From: Waddliaceae bacterium
Lineage (GTDB): Bacteria > Chlamydiota > Chlamydiia > Chlamydiales > SLOH01
DNA: 64,000 bases
Direction: 5' to 3'
NCBI GenBank assembly: GCA_040880105.1
Contig: JBBDJA010000010.1
Location: 41,317-105,316 of the forward strand
The position numbers were made by a program, and so were the translations under genes. The notes below the pieces were generated by a model. It did no database searches and had not been told where the DNA came from. It saw nothing but the letters and a program-made list of their open reading frames with translations. Below are positions 8,003 through 18,066 of this stretch, in pieces; within the stretch, counting starts at the first letter, position 1, and each line of letters begins with the position of its first letter.

Positions 8003-8787
8003 TGCAATACTATTTTATTGGTTCCTCACTTCCGGATTTGCAAATTGGAATGCCTCCTGAGATTAGCTTCGGAGATTTTGATACTCTTTTAAAAGAAAAT
8101 CTAAGTCGAGAGGATTATGAACAGACTCTTGTCATTAGACTCTATTTCGATTTGCAAAACATCAGAGCATTTTGGAAGAGCGAGGAGATGGATAAGTATG
8201 GCAATTTAGATGAAAACTCCATTGAAGATGCTTTAATTGTCAGAAGTGGATTACCTGATTATGTTTTTGATTTCTTGGAGAAGTATGAATCAAAAAATGA
8301 ACGATTAAAATACTTTTCAGAGTTATCTGTCCGATATTTTCAAGAAGAGCTTAAAGACCATTCTGAGGGTTTTTTACATGAGTTCTTGAAGTTTGAGCGC
8401 GAATGGCGACTTGTTTTAGTTGGCTTTCGAGCGAAGAAACTTAAGAGGGATATCATTAACGAATTGCAATTTGAGGATCCAAATGATGAGATCGTCGCGC
8501 AGCTGATCGCACAAAAAGACGCAAAAGTCTTTGAGCCCCCGACTCGTTATAGTGATCTTAAAGCAATTTTTGAAGAATACGGCAATCAACCGATCGAGCT
8601 GCACCAAGCGCTTGTCGAATGGAGATTTGAAAAACTATTTACAATGTATGGAGACTCTGTCTTTTCGCTTGATCGGATTCTCTCGTATTTAGTTAGATTG
8701 ATTCTTGTTGAAAAATGGATGCAGCTTGATCAGAAGAAAGGAATAGAACTTATTGATAGTCAATTAAAACAGGATGGAGTGGTGTGA
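8002..8787 (+). CDS. V-ATPase operon protein, DUF2764-like (possible C/d-subunit analogue)
   Basis: N-terminus is MQYYFIGSSLPDL... It has a TAATG overlap with atpE and a GTGA overlap with atpA. Same slot as the hypothetical gene between atpE and atpA in Chlamydia. Confidence 0.65.
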   Translation: MQYYFIGSSLPDLQIGMPPEISFGDFDTLLKENLSREDYEQTLVIRLYFDLQNIRAFWKSEEMDKYGNLDENSIEDALIVRSGLPDYVFDFLEKYESKNERLKYFSELSVRYFQEELKDHSEGFLHEFLKFEREWRLVLVGFRAKKLKRDIINELQFEDPNDEIVAQLIAQKDAKVFEPPTRYSDLKAIFEEYGNQPIELHQALVEWRFEKLFTMYGDSVFSLDRILSYLVRLILVEKWMQLDQKKGIELIDSQLKQDGVV

Positions 8788-10547
8788 CGACAAAAACAGA
8801 AACTCGTGGAGAAGTAGCAGGCGCTTTCGGTAACCTGCTCAATGTGAAATTCGAAGGTCATATTCGTCAAGGTGAGGTGGCAAAGGTTCACGTCGGAGAC
8901 GTTGGGTTAAAAGCTGAGGTTATTGAGATAGTAGGGGACCTGGCAAAAGTGCAAGTCTTTGAAGATACTCGAGGAATTAAGCTTGGAACAAAAGTTAGCT
9001 TTTCAGGTGATTTGCTCGAAGCTGAGCTTGGCCCCGGATTGCTGACATCAATTTTTGACGGTTTACAAAACCCACTTGTTGATGTTGCTGAAAAGGCAGG
9101 ACTTTTTTTACCTCAAGGTGTCTATCTTCCCCCCCTTGATCGACAGAAAAAATGGGGATATGAGAGCTCTGTAAAAGTCGGTGATGAAGTCAGAAGAGGC
9201 GATGCATTAGGACAAACTTTAGAAGGGCGTTTTCATCACCTTGTGATGGTTCCATTCTCTTTATATGGGAAATATACAGTTAAATGGACGATCGCGCCCG
9301 GCTCATATAATATCGACACTGTCATTGCGAAACTCGAAGATGAAGAGGGGAAAGAGCACGACATTACAATGGTACAAAAATGGCCGGTCAAATCTGCTCT
9401 TTCCGAAGGTGAAAGAACGCGTCCAACTGAGATGATGGATACAGGATGCCGCACACTTGACACACAGTTTCCTGTTGTGAAGGGGGGGACATTTTGCAGC
9501 CCAGGACCTTTTGGTGCAGGTAAAACAGTTCTACAGCACCACCTCGCTAAATTTGCTGCTGTTGACATTGTGATTGTCTGCGCATGCGGAGAGAGAGCGG
9601 GCGAGGTCGTTGAGATGCTTCGTGAATTCCCGCACCTGATCGATCCGCATACAGGCGAGAGCTTAATGAACCGCACCGTTATCATTTGTAACACATCTTC
9701 AATGCCTGTAGCAGCTCGAGAAGCATCTGTATATATGGGAGTGACGATTGCCGAGTATTACCGACAAATGGGCCTCAATGTGTTATTGCTTGCCGACTCC
9801 ACTTCTCGCTGGGCGCAAGCGATGCGCGAAATGTCCGGCCGTTTAGAAGAGATTCCCGGAGAAGAGGCCTTCCCGGCTTATCTTGCCTCTCGTATTGCCG
9901 ATTTTTACGAGCGGTCCGGTGTAATAAACCTAAGAGATGGAAAGACAGGCTCAATTACAATCGGCGGAGCTGTTTCACCTGCGGGAGGTAACTTTGAAGA
10001 ACCCGTGACACAGGCCACTTTGTCTGTAGTCGGCGCATTCCACGCCCTTTCACGCGAGCGTTCAGACTCTCGTCGATATCCGGCTGTCGACCCCCACATG
10101 TCTTGGACAAAGTATGTAGATGATGTCGCACAGGCTCTTGAAAGACGTTCGGATGGATGGGGAGACAGCGTAAAGCGGGCAACGAAAATTTTGAAAATGG
10201 GTGATGAAGTCCGCAAGCGTATGGAAGTGGTCGGAGAGGAAGGAACGGCAATTGAGGATCTTGTTGTTTATCTGAAATCCGAGCTTTACGACTTTTGTTA
10301 TCTGCAACAAAATGCTTTTGACAAACAAGATGAATACTGTCCGTTAGATAGACAGATCCCACTTTTTAATTTGATCAATCGCATTTTTGAAAAGCAGTAT
10401 CAATTTTCATCTCATGATCAAGCTCGCGAATTCTTTTTAAATCTACAAAATAGAATCAAAAATTTAAATTTCATGATATTCGAATCACCGGAGTATCGTA
10501 AACAAATGAACGCGATTGAAGAGAGTGTGGAGAGGGGATCGATATGA
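8784..10547 (+). CDS. atpA: V-type ATPase catalytic subunit A
   Basis: GTG start preceded by GGATGGAG. Has the Walker A motif GPFGAGKT and ..[33 protein letters not shown].. Length 587 aa. Confidence 0.96.
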   Translation: MTTKTETRGEVAGAFGNLLNVKFEGHIRQGEVAKVHVGDVGLKAEVIEIVGDLAKVQVFEDTRGIKLGTKVSFSGDLLEAELGPGLLTSIFDGLQNPLVDVAEKAGLFLPQGVYLPPLDRQKKWGYESSVKVGDEVRRGDALGQTLEGRFHHLVMVPFSLYGKYTVKWTIAPGSYNIDTVIAKLEDEEGKEHDITMVQKWPVKSALSEGERTRPTEMMDTGCRTLDTQFPVVKGGTFCSPGPFGAGKTVLQHHLAKFAAVDIVIVCACGERAGEVVEMLREFPHLIDPHTGESLMNRTVIICNTSSMPVAAREASVYMGVTIAEYYRQMGLNVLLLADSTSRWAQAMREMSGRLEEIPGEEAFPAYLASRIADFYERSGVINLRDGKTGSITIGGAVSPAGGNFEEPVTQATLSVVGAFHALSRERSDSRRYPAVDPHMSWTKYVDDVAQALERRSDGWGDSVKRATKILKMGDEVRKRMEVVGEEGTAIEDLVVYLKSELYDFCYLQQNAFDKQDEYCPLDRQIPLFNLINRIFEKQYQFSSHDQAREFFLNLQNRIKNLNFMIFESPEYRKQMNAIEESVERGSI

Positions 10548-11842
10548 AAAAAGTATATGATAGAATCAAGGATATGCGCGGAAACTTGATTACGGTGACT
10601 GCAACAGATGTCTTTTTAGGCGAACTTGCTCAGGTTAAGCTTCGGGATGGTCGAAAAATTTACGCCTCAGTTCTTCGGATTGAAGGTGACGATGTGACTC
10701 TTCAGGTTTTTGAAAATACGCGTGGAATCTCAACCGGCGATGAAGTGACCTTCCTAAAACGGCAGATGCAAGCGAACTTTAGCGATGCGCTTTTAGGGCG
10801 CAGACTCAGCGGAACAGGCGAGCCGATCGACGGAGGCCCTGAAATCATCGGTGAGTCGATTAATATTAACGCTCCCTCTTTTAACCCGACAAGACGGATT
10901 ATTCCCAAAGAGATGGTGCGAAGCAATATTCCGATGATCGATGTCTTTAACACGCTTGTCAAGTCTCAAAAGATTCCGATTTTTTCTGTCTCCGGCGAAC
11001 CCTATAATCAGCTTTTAATGCGGATTGCCAACCAGACGGATGCAGATGTTGTTGTGATTGCAGGAATGGGTCTTACCTTCCGCGACTACCAAGCGTTTAT
11101 AGATAATGCCGAAAGTTCAGGGTCTATGAATAAAACAATCATGTTTATCCATCGGGCGACAGATCCCGCTGTTGAGTGCCTGCTAGTTCCCGATATGGCG
11201 CTTGCTTGCGCAGAAAAGTTTGCCATTAACGATAAAAACGTTTTAGTTTTGCTTACTGACATGACAGCCTTTGCAGACTCTATTAAGGAAATTTCAATTA
11301 CAATGGACCAAGTGCCTTCTAATCGCGGATATCCGGGCTCCCTATACTCGGATCTAGCTTCCCGTTATGAAAAGGCCGTGTTGATTGAAGGAAGCGGCTC
11401 CATTACAATTATCGGTGTCACAACAATGCCCGGTGATGATGTGACCCATCCGATTCCGGATAATACAGGGTATATCACCGAGGGACAGTTTTACCTTCAC
11501 AATCATCAGATTGACCCTTTTGGTTCACTTTCACGTTTAAAACAAAATGTGATCGGAAAAGTGACCAGAGAAGATCATGGCGATCTTGCGAATGCGATGA
11601 TTCGACTATTTGCAGAATCTAAGAAAGCAAAAGAGAGACAAAGTATGGGATTTCGCTTGTCCGAGCGTGATAAACAGCTTTTAGTTTACTCCGAACTTTT
11701 TGAAAAGGAGATGATGGATCTCGAAGTGAATTTGCCGCTTGAGAAGGCTCTTGACAATGGGTGGAGAATTTTATCCGAATGTTTCAAGCCTGAACAAGTT
11801 GGAATTAAACAAAGTCTTGTTGAAGCATATTGGCCCGGATAA
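10544..11842 (+). CDS. atpB: V-type ATPase subunit B
   Basis: ATGA overlap with atpA. Motifs ..[21 protein letters not shown].. and ..[23 protein letters not shown].. Length 432 aa. Confidence 0.95.
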   Translation: MKKVYDRIKDMRGNLITVTATDVFLGELAQVKLRDGRKIYASVLRIEGDDVTLQVFENTRGISTGDEVTFLKRQMQANFSDALLGRRLSGTGEPIDGGPEIIGESININAPSFNPTRRIIPKEMVRSNIPMIDVFNTLVKSQKIPIFSVSGEPYNQLLMRIANQTDADVVVIAGMGLTFRDYQAFIDNAESSGSMNKTIMFIHRATDPAVECLLVPDMALACAEKFAINDKNVLVLLTDMTAFADSIKEISITMDQVPSNRGYPGSLYSDLASRYEKAVLIEGSGSITIIGVTTMPGDDVTHPIPDNTGYITEGQFYLHNHQIDPFGSLSRLKQNVIGKVTREDHGDLANAMIRLFAESKKAKERQSMGFRLSERDKQLLVYSELFEKEMMDLEVNLPLEKALDNGWRILSECFKPEQVGIKQSLVEAYWPG

Positions 11843-12450
11843 TGGCAGAAATTAAACTGACGAAAAATGAACTGCGCGCCCAGCAAATTCGGTTGGGACA
11901 ACTGGAAAGATATCTTCCGACGTTGCAGTTAAAAAAAGCCCAATTGCAGCAAGAGGTTTCATTTGCCAGGATGGAGATTGAAAAAGTCAATCAAGAGCTC
12001 ATGCAAAAATATGAATCCATTAAGCATTTTGCAGCTTTGTTGACCGATCAATTTTCTATTGAAATAGATAAGGTTGCAGTGATTGACCGCTTAGATACCA
12101 CTACGGAAAATATTGCAGGCGTTGAAGTCCCAATTTTTGAAAAGGCGCATTTTATACCCTTTGAGTACGACCTGTTTGATTCTCCTCCATGGATAGATCC
12201 AGCGGTTGAGTCTATTCGAGAGTTAATCAGTCACAAAGCAGCACATGGAGTAGCAAAGGAAAAAAGTAAGCGCCTAGAAGAAGAATTGAGACAGGTATCT
12301 ATTCGAGTGAATCTATTCGAAAAGATTTTGATTCCACGTGCAAATAAAAACATTAAAACAATTAAAGTTTTTTTGGGTGATCAAGAGTTAGCTGCAGTGT
12401 CACAAGCAAAGGTTGCGAAAGCAAAAATCGAAGCGAGGAAGAGTGAATGA
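11842..12450 (+). CDS. atpD: V-type ATPase subunit D
   Basis: ATG 11842 overlaps the atpB stop (TAATG); an alternative TTG lies at 11830. [36 protein letters not shown] is a typical subunit D N-terminus. Confidence 0.9.
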   Translation: MAEIKLTKNELRAQQIRLGQLERYLPTLQLKKAQLQQEVSFARMEIEKVNQELMQKYESIKHFAALLTDQFSIEIDKVAVIDRLDTTTENIAGVEVPIFEKAHFIPFEYDLFDSPPWIDPAVESIRELISHKAAHGVAKEKSKRLEEELRQVSIRVNLFEKILIPRANKNIKTIKVFLGDQELAAVSQAKVAKAKIEARKSE

Positions 12451-14369
12451 GGATAGATGTTAAAAAGTATCTCTTCTGGGGACCAGAGAACATAAAAACC
12501 GTTTTTTTTCAAAAGGCACAGTCAGCTGGGATTATCGAGTTTATCGACCCAAAGCCTTTGAAGCAAAAAGAGATTCCTGAAGAGGTACAAAAGTACCACA
12601 ATGCAATTAAGGTGCTTCGTGAAAAGCCATCCGTTACACAAGAAGAGCCCGAAAATCCAAACGACGCGAAAAAAATCGTCTCAGAAATCTTAGACCTAGA
12701 ACATGCGCACGGAAAGTATTCCGAAGAAAGGCGCCAATTGCATATGGAGATTTCCCGAATAGAAGTCTTCGGAGACTTTTCACTTGAAGAGTTGAAAAAA
12801 ATCGACCGAGAAACCGGCCGTAAAATTCAGTTCTTTTTTTCAAAACATTTACCCCAAGAAGAGCTCGAAATTCCTGAAGAGCTGATTTATATCGGTTTTA
12901 AGAGTGGTCTTGATTATTTTATTTCAATTAATCCTGTTGAAAAACAGTATGATCAGATGATTGAAATGCATTTTGATCAATCGCTTGGAACGCTAAAAAA
13001 TCGTTTGAATGAAATTGAGATCAAAGAGCGTAGAATCGAAGAAAAACTAAAGGATCTTGCCAAGTACAACGCCTTTTTGCACACCGCATTGATTAAAGAG
13101 ATGAATCAATATTCACTTGTTCAGGCACAGTCTTTTGCTCAAGGAAAACTTAATGACATTCTTTTTGTGATTGAAGGATGGGTACCCAAACACAAAGAAG
13201 AGGCTCTTTTTGATTTACTCGAAGAACTCAATGTGACAGCCAATCAGATCGCAATCGAACCTTTCGATCACGTCCCTACTTTTTTGGAAAACTCTGGAAC
13301 TAAACGCATCGGTGAAGATCTTGTACATATTTATGATACCCCCTCGATTACAGATAAAGATCCTTCTATTTGGGTTTTAGTCTTTTTCTCACTTTTCTTT
13401 GCCTTAATCATCAATGACGGGGGCTACGGTCTGCTCTTTTTGATAGCGGCACTTTTCATTCGCTCTAAATATAAAGTTCTCCCAAAAGCAGGAAATAGAT
13501 TCTATAAACTTGTCATTATCTTATCTGTAGCAACCATCGGGTGGGGCGTATTATCCAATAGTTTTTTTGGTGTCATTTTTGATATAGACAGCCCATTTAG
13601 AAAAGTCTCTTTGTTGCAATGGGTCTCGGAAAAAAAGGCCGCCTACCATATTGAAGAAAAGGATGACACATATCAAGAGTGGGTGAGGAAGTACCCTGCA
13701 GCTCTTGATGCTAATGATGCGAATGAGTTCTTAAAGATAGGAGCTAAGGAAAAGCCGACCGGTCAAATAGAGTATGAGATTTTAGATAAATTTAACGATT
13801 CCATTCTAATGGAGCTGGCCTTATTGGTCGGTATGATCCATGTCTCGCTTTCTTTCCTTAGGTACTTAGATATCAACTGGTCAGGCGCCGGATGGGTGAT
13901 TTTTATTTTTGGCGCTTATCTCTACCTACCAAGCTACTTAGAGGCCGCGTCGATGACTCAATACATTTTTGGAGTTGATAGAGACTTCGCTGCATTTGAA
14001 GGGATCATTATGATGGCTGGAGGACTAAGTCTTGCATTTATCTTATCCTTCATCCAAAACAAACTCTACGGGCTGCTTGAAATTACCAATTTAATACAAG
14101 TTTTTGCAGATATACTCTCATATCTTCGCCTGTATGCACTAGGACTTGCAGGAGCGATCATCAGCAATACTGTCAATGACATTGCCGCCGGGTCACCTTG
14201 GATTTTTGCAATCTTTTTACTTTTAATCGGCCATGCCGTCAATATTATCCTCTCAATCATTGGAGGTGTTATTCACGGTTTGCGTCTAAATTTTATCGAA
14301 TGGTATCACTATAGTTTTGAAGGAGGAGGAAAAATGTTTCGTCCCCTTGAAAAAGTGGTGATCGAGTAA
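12447..14369 (+). CDS. atpI: V-type ATPase subunit I (membrane a-subunit)
   Basis: ATGA overlap with atpD. 640 aa: a hydrophilic N-terminal half, then multiple TM helices and ..LSYLRLYALGLAG... Confidence 0.92.
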   Translation: MRIDVKKYLFWGPENIKTVFFQKAQSAGIIEFIDPKPLKQKEIPEEVQKYHNAIKVLREKPSVTQEEPENPNDAKKIVSEILDLEHAHGKYSEERRQLHMEISRIEVFGDFSLEELKKIDRETGRKIQFFFSKHLPQEELEIPEELIYIGFKSGLDYFISINPVEKQYDQMIEMHFDQSLGTLKNRLNEIEIKERRIEEKLKDLAKYNAFLHTALIKEMNQYSLVQAQSFAQGKLNDILFVIEGWVPKHKEEALFDLLEELNVTANQIAIEPFDHVPTFLENSGTKRIGEDLVHIYDTPSITDKDPSIWVLVFFSLFFALIINDGGYGLLFLIAALFIRSKYKVLPKAGNRFYKLVIILSVATIGWGVLSNSFFGVIFDIDSPFRKVSLLQWVSEKKAAYHIEEKDDTYQEWVRKYPAALDANDANEFLKIGAKEKPTGQIEYEILDKFNDSILMELALLVGMIHVSLSFLRYLDINWSGAGWVIFIFGAYLYLPSYLEAASMTQYIFGVDRDFAAFEGIIMMAGGLSLAFILSFIQNKLYGLLEITNLIQVFADILSYLRLYALGLAGAIISNTVNDIAAGSPWIFAIFLLLIGHAVNIILSIIGGVIHGLRLNFIEWYHYSFEGGGKMFRPLEKVVIE

Positions 14370-14377
14370 CAGACAGG

Positions 14378-14809
14378 ATGGGAATTATGAATTTTGATAT
14401 GGTAGGACCAGCTCTTGCCCTTGGTTTAAGTGCCATTGGTAGCAGTATTGGTTGTGGTATTGCGGGAATGGCCTCTCATGGCGTTATGAGTCGCGTTGAA
14501 GAGGGACATGGTAAGTTTATCGGGATGGCAGCAGCTCCATCCTCACAGTCGATCTACGGCTTTATTTTAATGCTTCTAATGGCTCGAGCGATTACAGATG
14601 GTTCACTATCGCCTCTATCAGGAATTGCAATCGGTTTCTCTTCAGGCGCAGCGATTATGATTTCTGCTATTTACCAAGGAAAAGTTGCAGCTACAGGTAT
14701 CCAAGCCTCAGCAAAGCAACCGGCGATATTTGGTAAATGTTTTGCTGCAGTCGGTATTGTTGAATCGTTTGCTCTTTTTGCTTTCGTTTTTGCTTTACTC
14801 ATCATGTAG
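14378..14809 (+). CDS. atpK: V-type ATPase proteolipid subunit K
   Basis: 143 aa, Gly/Ala-rich, four-helix proteolipid pattern (GLSAIGSSIGCGIAG.., ..VGIVESFALFAFVFALLI). Last gene of the operon. Confidence 0.92.
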   Translation: MGIMNFDMVGPALALGLSAIGSSIGCGIAGMASHGVMSRVEEGHGKFIGMAAAPSSQSIYGFILMLLMARAITDGSLSPLSGIAIGFSSGAAIMISAIYQGKVAATGIQASAKQPAIFGKCFAAVGIVESFALFAFVFALLIM

Positions 14810-14836
14810 AATCGCTTGCAGAAAAAGCAATTTTTT

Positions 14837-14916
14837 AAAAGCAGCCTTTAGCACTTCTGAAAAACTGGATCTTGAACATCCGAATTTCATTAGAAGTGGC
14901 TTCAGGCTGCTTTTTT
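14837..14916 (+). terminator. Large terminator-like hairpin after atpK
   Basis: AAAAGCAGCCT (14837-47) pairs with AGGCTGCTTTT (14904-14), and CACTTC (14852-57) pairs with GAAGTG (14893-98). A T6 run follows. The 35-nt loop is unusually large, so confidence is moderate. Confidence 0.45.
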
Positions 14917-15013
14917 ATTCTGGCAGAACGATTCGCTCTTGCCACCTAAGGTTTCATTAGAAGTGGCCTCAGGCTGCTTTTTTTATTCTGGCAAGACGAT
15001 TCGCTCTTGCCAC
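14885..15013. repeat. Tandem direct duplication, 2 copies, 67-bp period
   Basis: Copy 1 (14885-14945) and copy 2 (14952-15013) are tttcattagaagtggc(t/c)tcaggctgc-T6/T7-attctggca(ga/ag)acgattcgctcttgccac. They differ by 3 substitutions and 1 indel. Confidence 0.95.
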
Positions 15014-15402
15014 ATAGGATGTTCCCACGTGTTTAGTACTTGATCTTCGGCTAAAAGCTGAACTTTATAGGCTAGAATGCCACACAGACGAAAATAATCC
15101 TCATTACATAAGAGATAACTGTATGTTCCGCAGTCCCTTGTGATCGGGACGCTGAAATTAGATTGACTATGGTCTCTAAAGCGGATTTGAACATAAAGCG
15201 TATGCGGAAAGAGCCGTGCAGCACCTTTCGGCAAGGACCAGTTGATCAAGATTTTCTCGCCTTGAGGGGGACAGTTATATAGAGGGTCAGGTGTTCCTGT
15301 GATATAGCTTGCTAGGCTGTATTTAGTTAGATATTCTCTATTCACTTCAAGCTGCGGTGAGTGGCAGCTAGACAGAAAGAGAAGAAGTAAGAGACGTTTC
15401 AT
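14983..15402 (-). CDS. Putative lipoprotein (139 aa)
   Basis: MKRLLLLLFLSSC contains a lipobox-like L-S-S-C. The last 10 codons (WQERIVLPE*) lie in copy 2 of the 67-bp duplication. The start overlaps the aroG 3' end by 35 nt. Confidence 0.7.
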   Translation of the reverse strand: MKRLLLLLFLSSCHSPQLEVNREYLTKYSLASYITGTPDPLYNCPPQGEKILINWSLPKGAARLFPHTLYVQIRFRDHSQSNFSVPITRDCGTYSYLLCNEDYFRLCGILAYKVQLLAEDQVLNTWEHPMWQERIVLPE

Positions 15403-16456
15403 GAGTGACTGGTTCTTGTAGCTTAACAGCAGCCCAGCGGATGAGTCGTTCAGTCGTAGAAAAATCCAAACAAGGATCTGTCACTGATACCCCATACTTA
15501 AGCTCTGATGTGTGTTTATCTAATGATTGATTTCCCGAGAAGAGATGACTTTCTAAAATTAACCCACGTATGGATTCATTTCCTGAAAGAATTTGACGGA
15601 CGATCTCGTGGAATACTGTCGTTTGCTTTTTGTGAGCACGACCGGAGTTGTCATGAGAACAGTCTACAACCACAGCATTTGAGAGATTGCACTCCTTGAG
15701 CAGCGATAGAGCATATGCAATATCTGAGGGGTGATAATTGGGCTCATTTTCACCGCCGCGAAGCACCAGATGGGCCATCGGATTCCCGCGACTTATCATT
15801 TTTACCGGTCCACCTCTCTTGTCCATTCCCAAAAAAGTCTGAGATACAGATGCCGCTTTAATTCCGTCGACTGCAATTTTTATATTTCCATCCGTATTGT
15901 TTTTAAAACCCATAGGAAAGTTAAGAGTCGATGCGATCTGTCTATGAGGTTGAGAAGAAGACGTTCGCGCGCCAATACATCCCCAGGAGATCAAATCATC
16001 GAAATAGAGAGGGGAGAGGGGTCCTAGAATTTCAGAGGCAATTGGGATTTTCTTTTGTGTGAGTTTTAACAGCAACTCACGTGTCCACTTTAGTCCAATT
16101 TCTATATCCCCGGAACCATCAAGAAGTGGGTCGTGTAAAATCCCTTGCCAACCGAATACTGTTCGAGGTTTTTCAAAATAGGTGCGCATAACCATGAAAA
16201 ACTGATCGGAAACTTGAGAAGAGAGCTCAGAGAACTTTTCAGCAAACTCTTTAGCTGATGTCAGATCGTGTATCGAACAAGGTCCTACGATAATAAGCTT
16301 GCGCCTATCCTTACCTTCAAGAATCTGGCAAATCGTTTTTCTTGATTGTTCCACAAAATCTTTGTCTTCTGTAGATAATGGGAATTCTTGAATCAGCTCT
16401 TCGGGAGTTGGCAATGGCTTTGACTGTTCTTCCGGCAATGGGTGAATTTTGGACAT
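15368..16456 (-). CDS. aroG: 3-deoxy-7-phosphoheptulonate (DAHP) synthase, class I
   Basis: Motifs ..RKLIIVGPCSIHD.., ..YFEKPRTVFGWQG.., ..VVDCSHDNS.. match the AroF/G/H family. The isozyme assignment is not resolvable from sequence alone. Confidence 0.9.
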   Translation of the reverse strand: MSKIHPLPEEQSKPLPTPEELIQEFPLSTEDKDFVEQSRKTICQILEGKDRRKLIIVGPCSIHDLTSAKEFAEKFSELSSQVSDQFFMVMRTYFEKPRTVFGWQGILHDPLLDGSGDIEIGLKWTRELLLKLTQKKIPIASEILGPLSPLYFDDLISWGCIGARTSSSQPHRQIASTLNFPMGFKNNTDGNIKIAVDGIKAASVSQTFLGMDKRGGPVKMISRGNPMAHLVLRGGENEPNYHPSDIAYALSLLKECNLSNAVVVDCSHDNSGRAHKKQTTVFHEIVRQILSGNESIRGLILESHLFSGNQSLDKHTSELKYGVSVTDPCLDFSTTERLIRWAAVKLQEPVTHETSLTSSLSV

Positions 16457-16513
16457 GACAAATTGATTTGTATTGTTTAATATCTCAAACTATCAAAAAG
16501 TGAATTTTTAAAC

Positions 16514-17257
16514 ATGAAAAATCTTAAGCCCCTTTGGATTAAAGAGAGTTTGAGCCCCGAAATGCCGCCTCGCATTGCCGAGATGGGATATAATGCTGTC
16601 GTCCTGAATGCTCCTTGCAAAAATCTTTCGGGACTTCAGTCGATCAGTACTCATAAAGAGCTGAACCCCGACTACCTACTTGTTCATGCTAAGTTTCTTG
16701 AAAACCAGAAACTGCATCTAACTTTAGAAGATCTAATGCGCGCTGAGATCGATTCTCTGCTTTCTGTTAAAAATAAAATCATTTATTTAATTCCGGACCT
16801 TCCACCTACACAATTGCACCCTTGGCTTTTACCGTTAGAAAAAGAACTACCGAGCCGATTTATTTTAGTTGGGGGGTCAATCCCGTTTATTGAACATGGT
16901 AAAGTTCTGCCATTTCCTTCAAAGCTCGAGGGGAAACGCGCTCTATTTTCTTCATCTCCACGCTTTCCTCAAGAGGATGAAATGCTTGCTGCCTCACTAT
17001 TTATTGGAGCGCATGTTCAAGATGGAGAAAAAAGTTGTTTAGAACTTTTTTCTAAATGGTGTGAATCATATCGACCCGATTGGCTAAAAAATCTCCCGTT
17101 ATTTCTCAGATTACAAAGGCACATGGAAGACAAATCTCTGTATGAAGAGCCGTCCGACTCCTTAAGAAAATTGCTTACTGCTGAGACAAATTATCTCTCT
17201 TCGTGCTTGATTAAAGAGATCGAAGAGGTCTTTTCTGAACCCTTAAATTCAGTCTAA
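16514..17257 (+). CDS. Hypothetical protein (247 aa)
   Basis: Clean ORF with an ATG start, divergent from aroG. No motif recognised. Confidence 0.65.
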   Translation: MKNLKPLWIKESLSPEMPPRIAEMGYNAVVLNAPCKNLSGLQSISTHKELNPDYLLVHAKFLENQKLHLTLEDLMRAEIDSLLSVKNKIIYLIPDLPPTQLHPWLLPLEKELPSRFILVGGSIPFIEHGKVLPFPSKLEGKRALFSSSPRFPQEDEMLAASLFIGAHVQDGEKSCLELFSKWCESYRPDWLKNLPLFLRLQRHMEDKSLYEEPSDSLRKLLTAETNYLSSCLIKEIEEVFSEPLNSV

Positions 17258-17389
17258 ACCTAAATTTAACTTATTTTTTAGCGATTCCTCGCTAAAACCA
17301 TTGTTTTCCTCGCTTCAATTTGTTTTTTTCTGGAATTTTTTTCGTCTATTCTGTAACATTATAATCATAATTTTTTGCTTATTGAATTA

Positions 17390-17833
17390 ATGGAAGATCT
17401 ATTTTCAGTTTATATTGATCGCTTAAAAGACGGGAAAGTTGAGAAGATCTCTCAAACTTATACACCGGATTTTATCGAGACGGAAGATGTCGAACTCTCT
17501 TTTAAGGACCCGGTCCTTTACGAGGGCGAGGCTTATCTTGCCGATGATGAATTGATCCTGCATTTTAATGTAGACACATATGCAACCATTCCGTGTAAAA
17601 TTTGCAATGAACCGGTCAAAGTACCGATACAAATTAGAAATGTTTATTACCCCGTCTCTTTAAGTGAAATCAAAGGAAGCATTTATTCCCTTAAAGAAAG
17701 TTTACGCGAGACAATTCTTCTTGAGACCCCAACTTTTGCCGAGTGTTCTCGGAATAGTTGCCCAAAACGCATGTTGCTCAATAAGTATTCAGAGAAGATG
17801 CCTCCACCGGAAAACCCTTTTTCAAAATTATAA
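17390..17833 (+). CDS. DUF177 (YceD-like) protein preceding rpmF
   Basis: Fits the conserved bacterial yceD-rpmF-plsX arrangement. Contains ..IPCKICNEP.. and ..FAECSRNSCPK.. Cys pairs. ATG 17390 is preferred over TTG 17375. Confidence 0.75.
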   Translation: MEDLFSVYIDRLKDGKVEKISQTYTPDFIETEDVELSFKDPVLYEGEAYLADDELILHFNVDTYATIPCKICNEPVKVPIQIRNVYYPVSLSEIKGSIYSLKESLRETILLETPTFAECSRNSCPKRMLLNKYSEKMPPPENPFSKL

Positions 17834-17850
17834 TATAGAGGAAAGAAACA

Positions 17851-18036
17851 ATGGCAGTACCACGTAGTCGCCTATCGAACCAAAGAAAAAATAAACGGCG
17901 TTCACACCATGCGAAGTCACCGAAGCAATTGCAGGGTTGCTCTAACTGTGGAACACAAAAACCATCGCACGTGATTTGTGCATCTTGCGGAACTTACGCA
18001 GGAAGACAAATCTTTGCAAAAGACACAGAAGAGTAG
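17851..18036 (+). CDS. rpmF: 50S ribosomal protein L32
   Basis: MAVPRSRLSNQRKNKRRSHH.. with a CSNCG..CASCG zinc ribbon. 61 aa. GAGGAAAG lies upstream. Confidence 0.95.
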   Translation: MAVPRSRLSNQRKNKRRSHHAKSPKQLQGCSNCGTQKPSHVICASCGTYAGRQIFAKDTEE

Positions 18037-18066
18037 GAAATTCCGATTTCTATTGATTTCAGAAAA

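Noticed and set aside
14685-14960. 91-aa ORF overlapping the atpK 3' end
   Set aside because: It is out of frame within atpK, then crosses the terminator hairpin and copy 1 of the 67-bp duplication. It is an artefact of the duplicated sequence.
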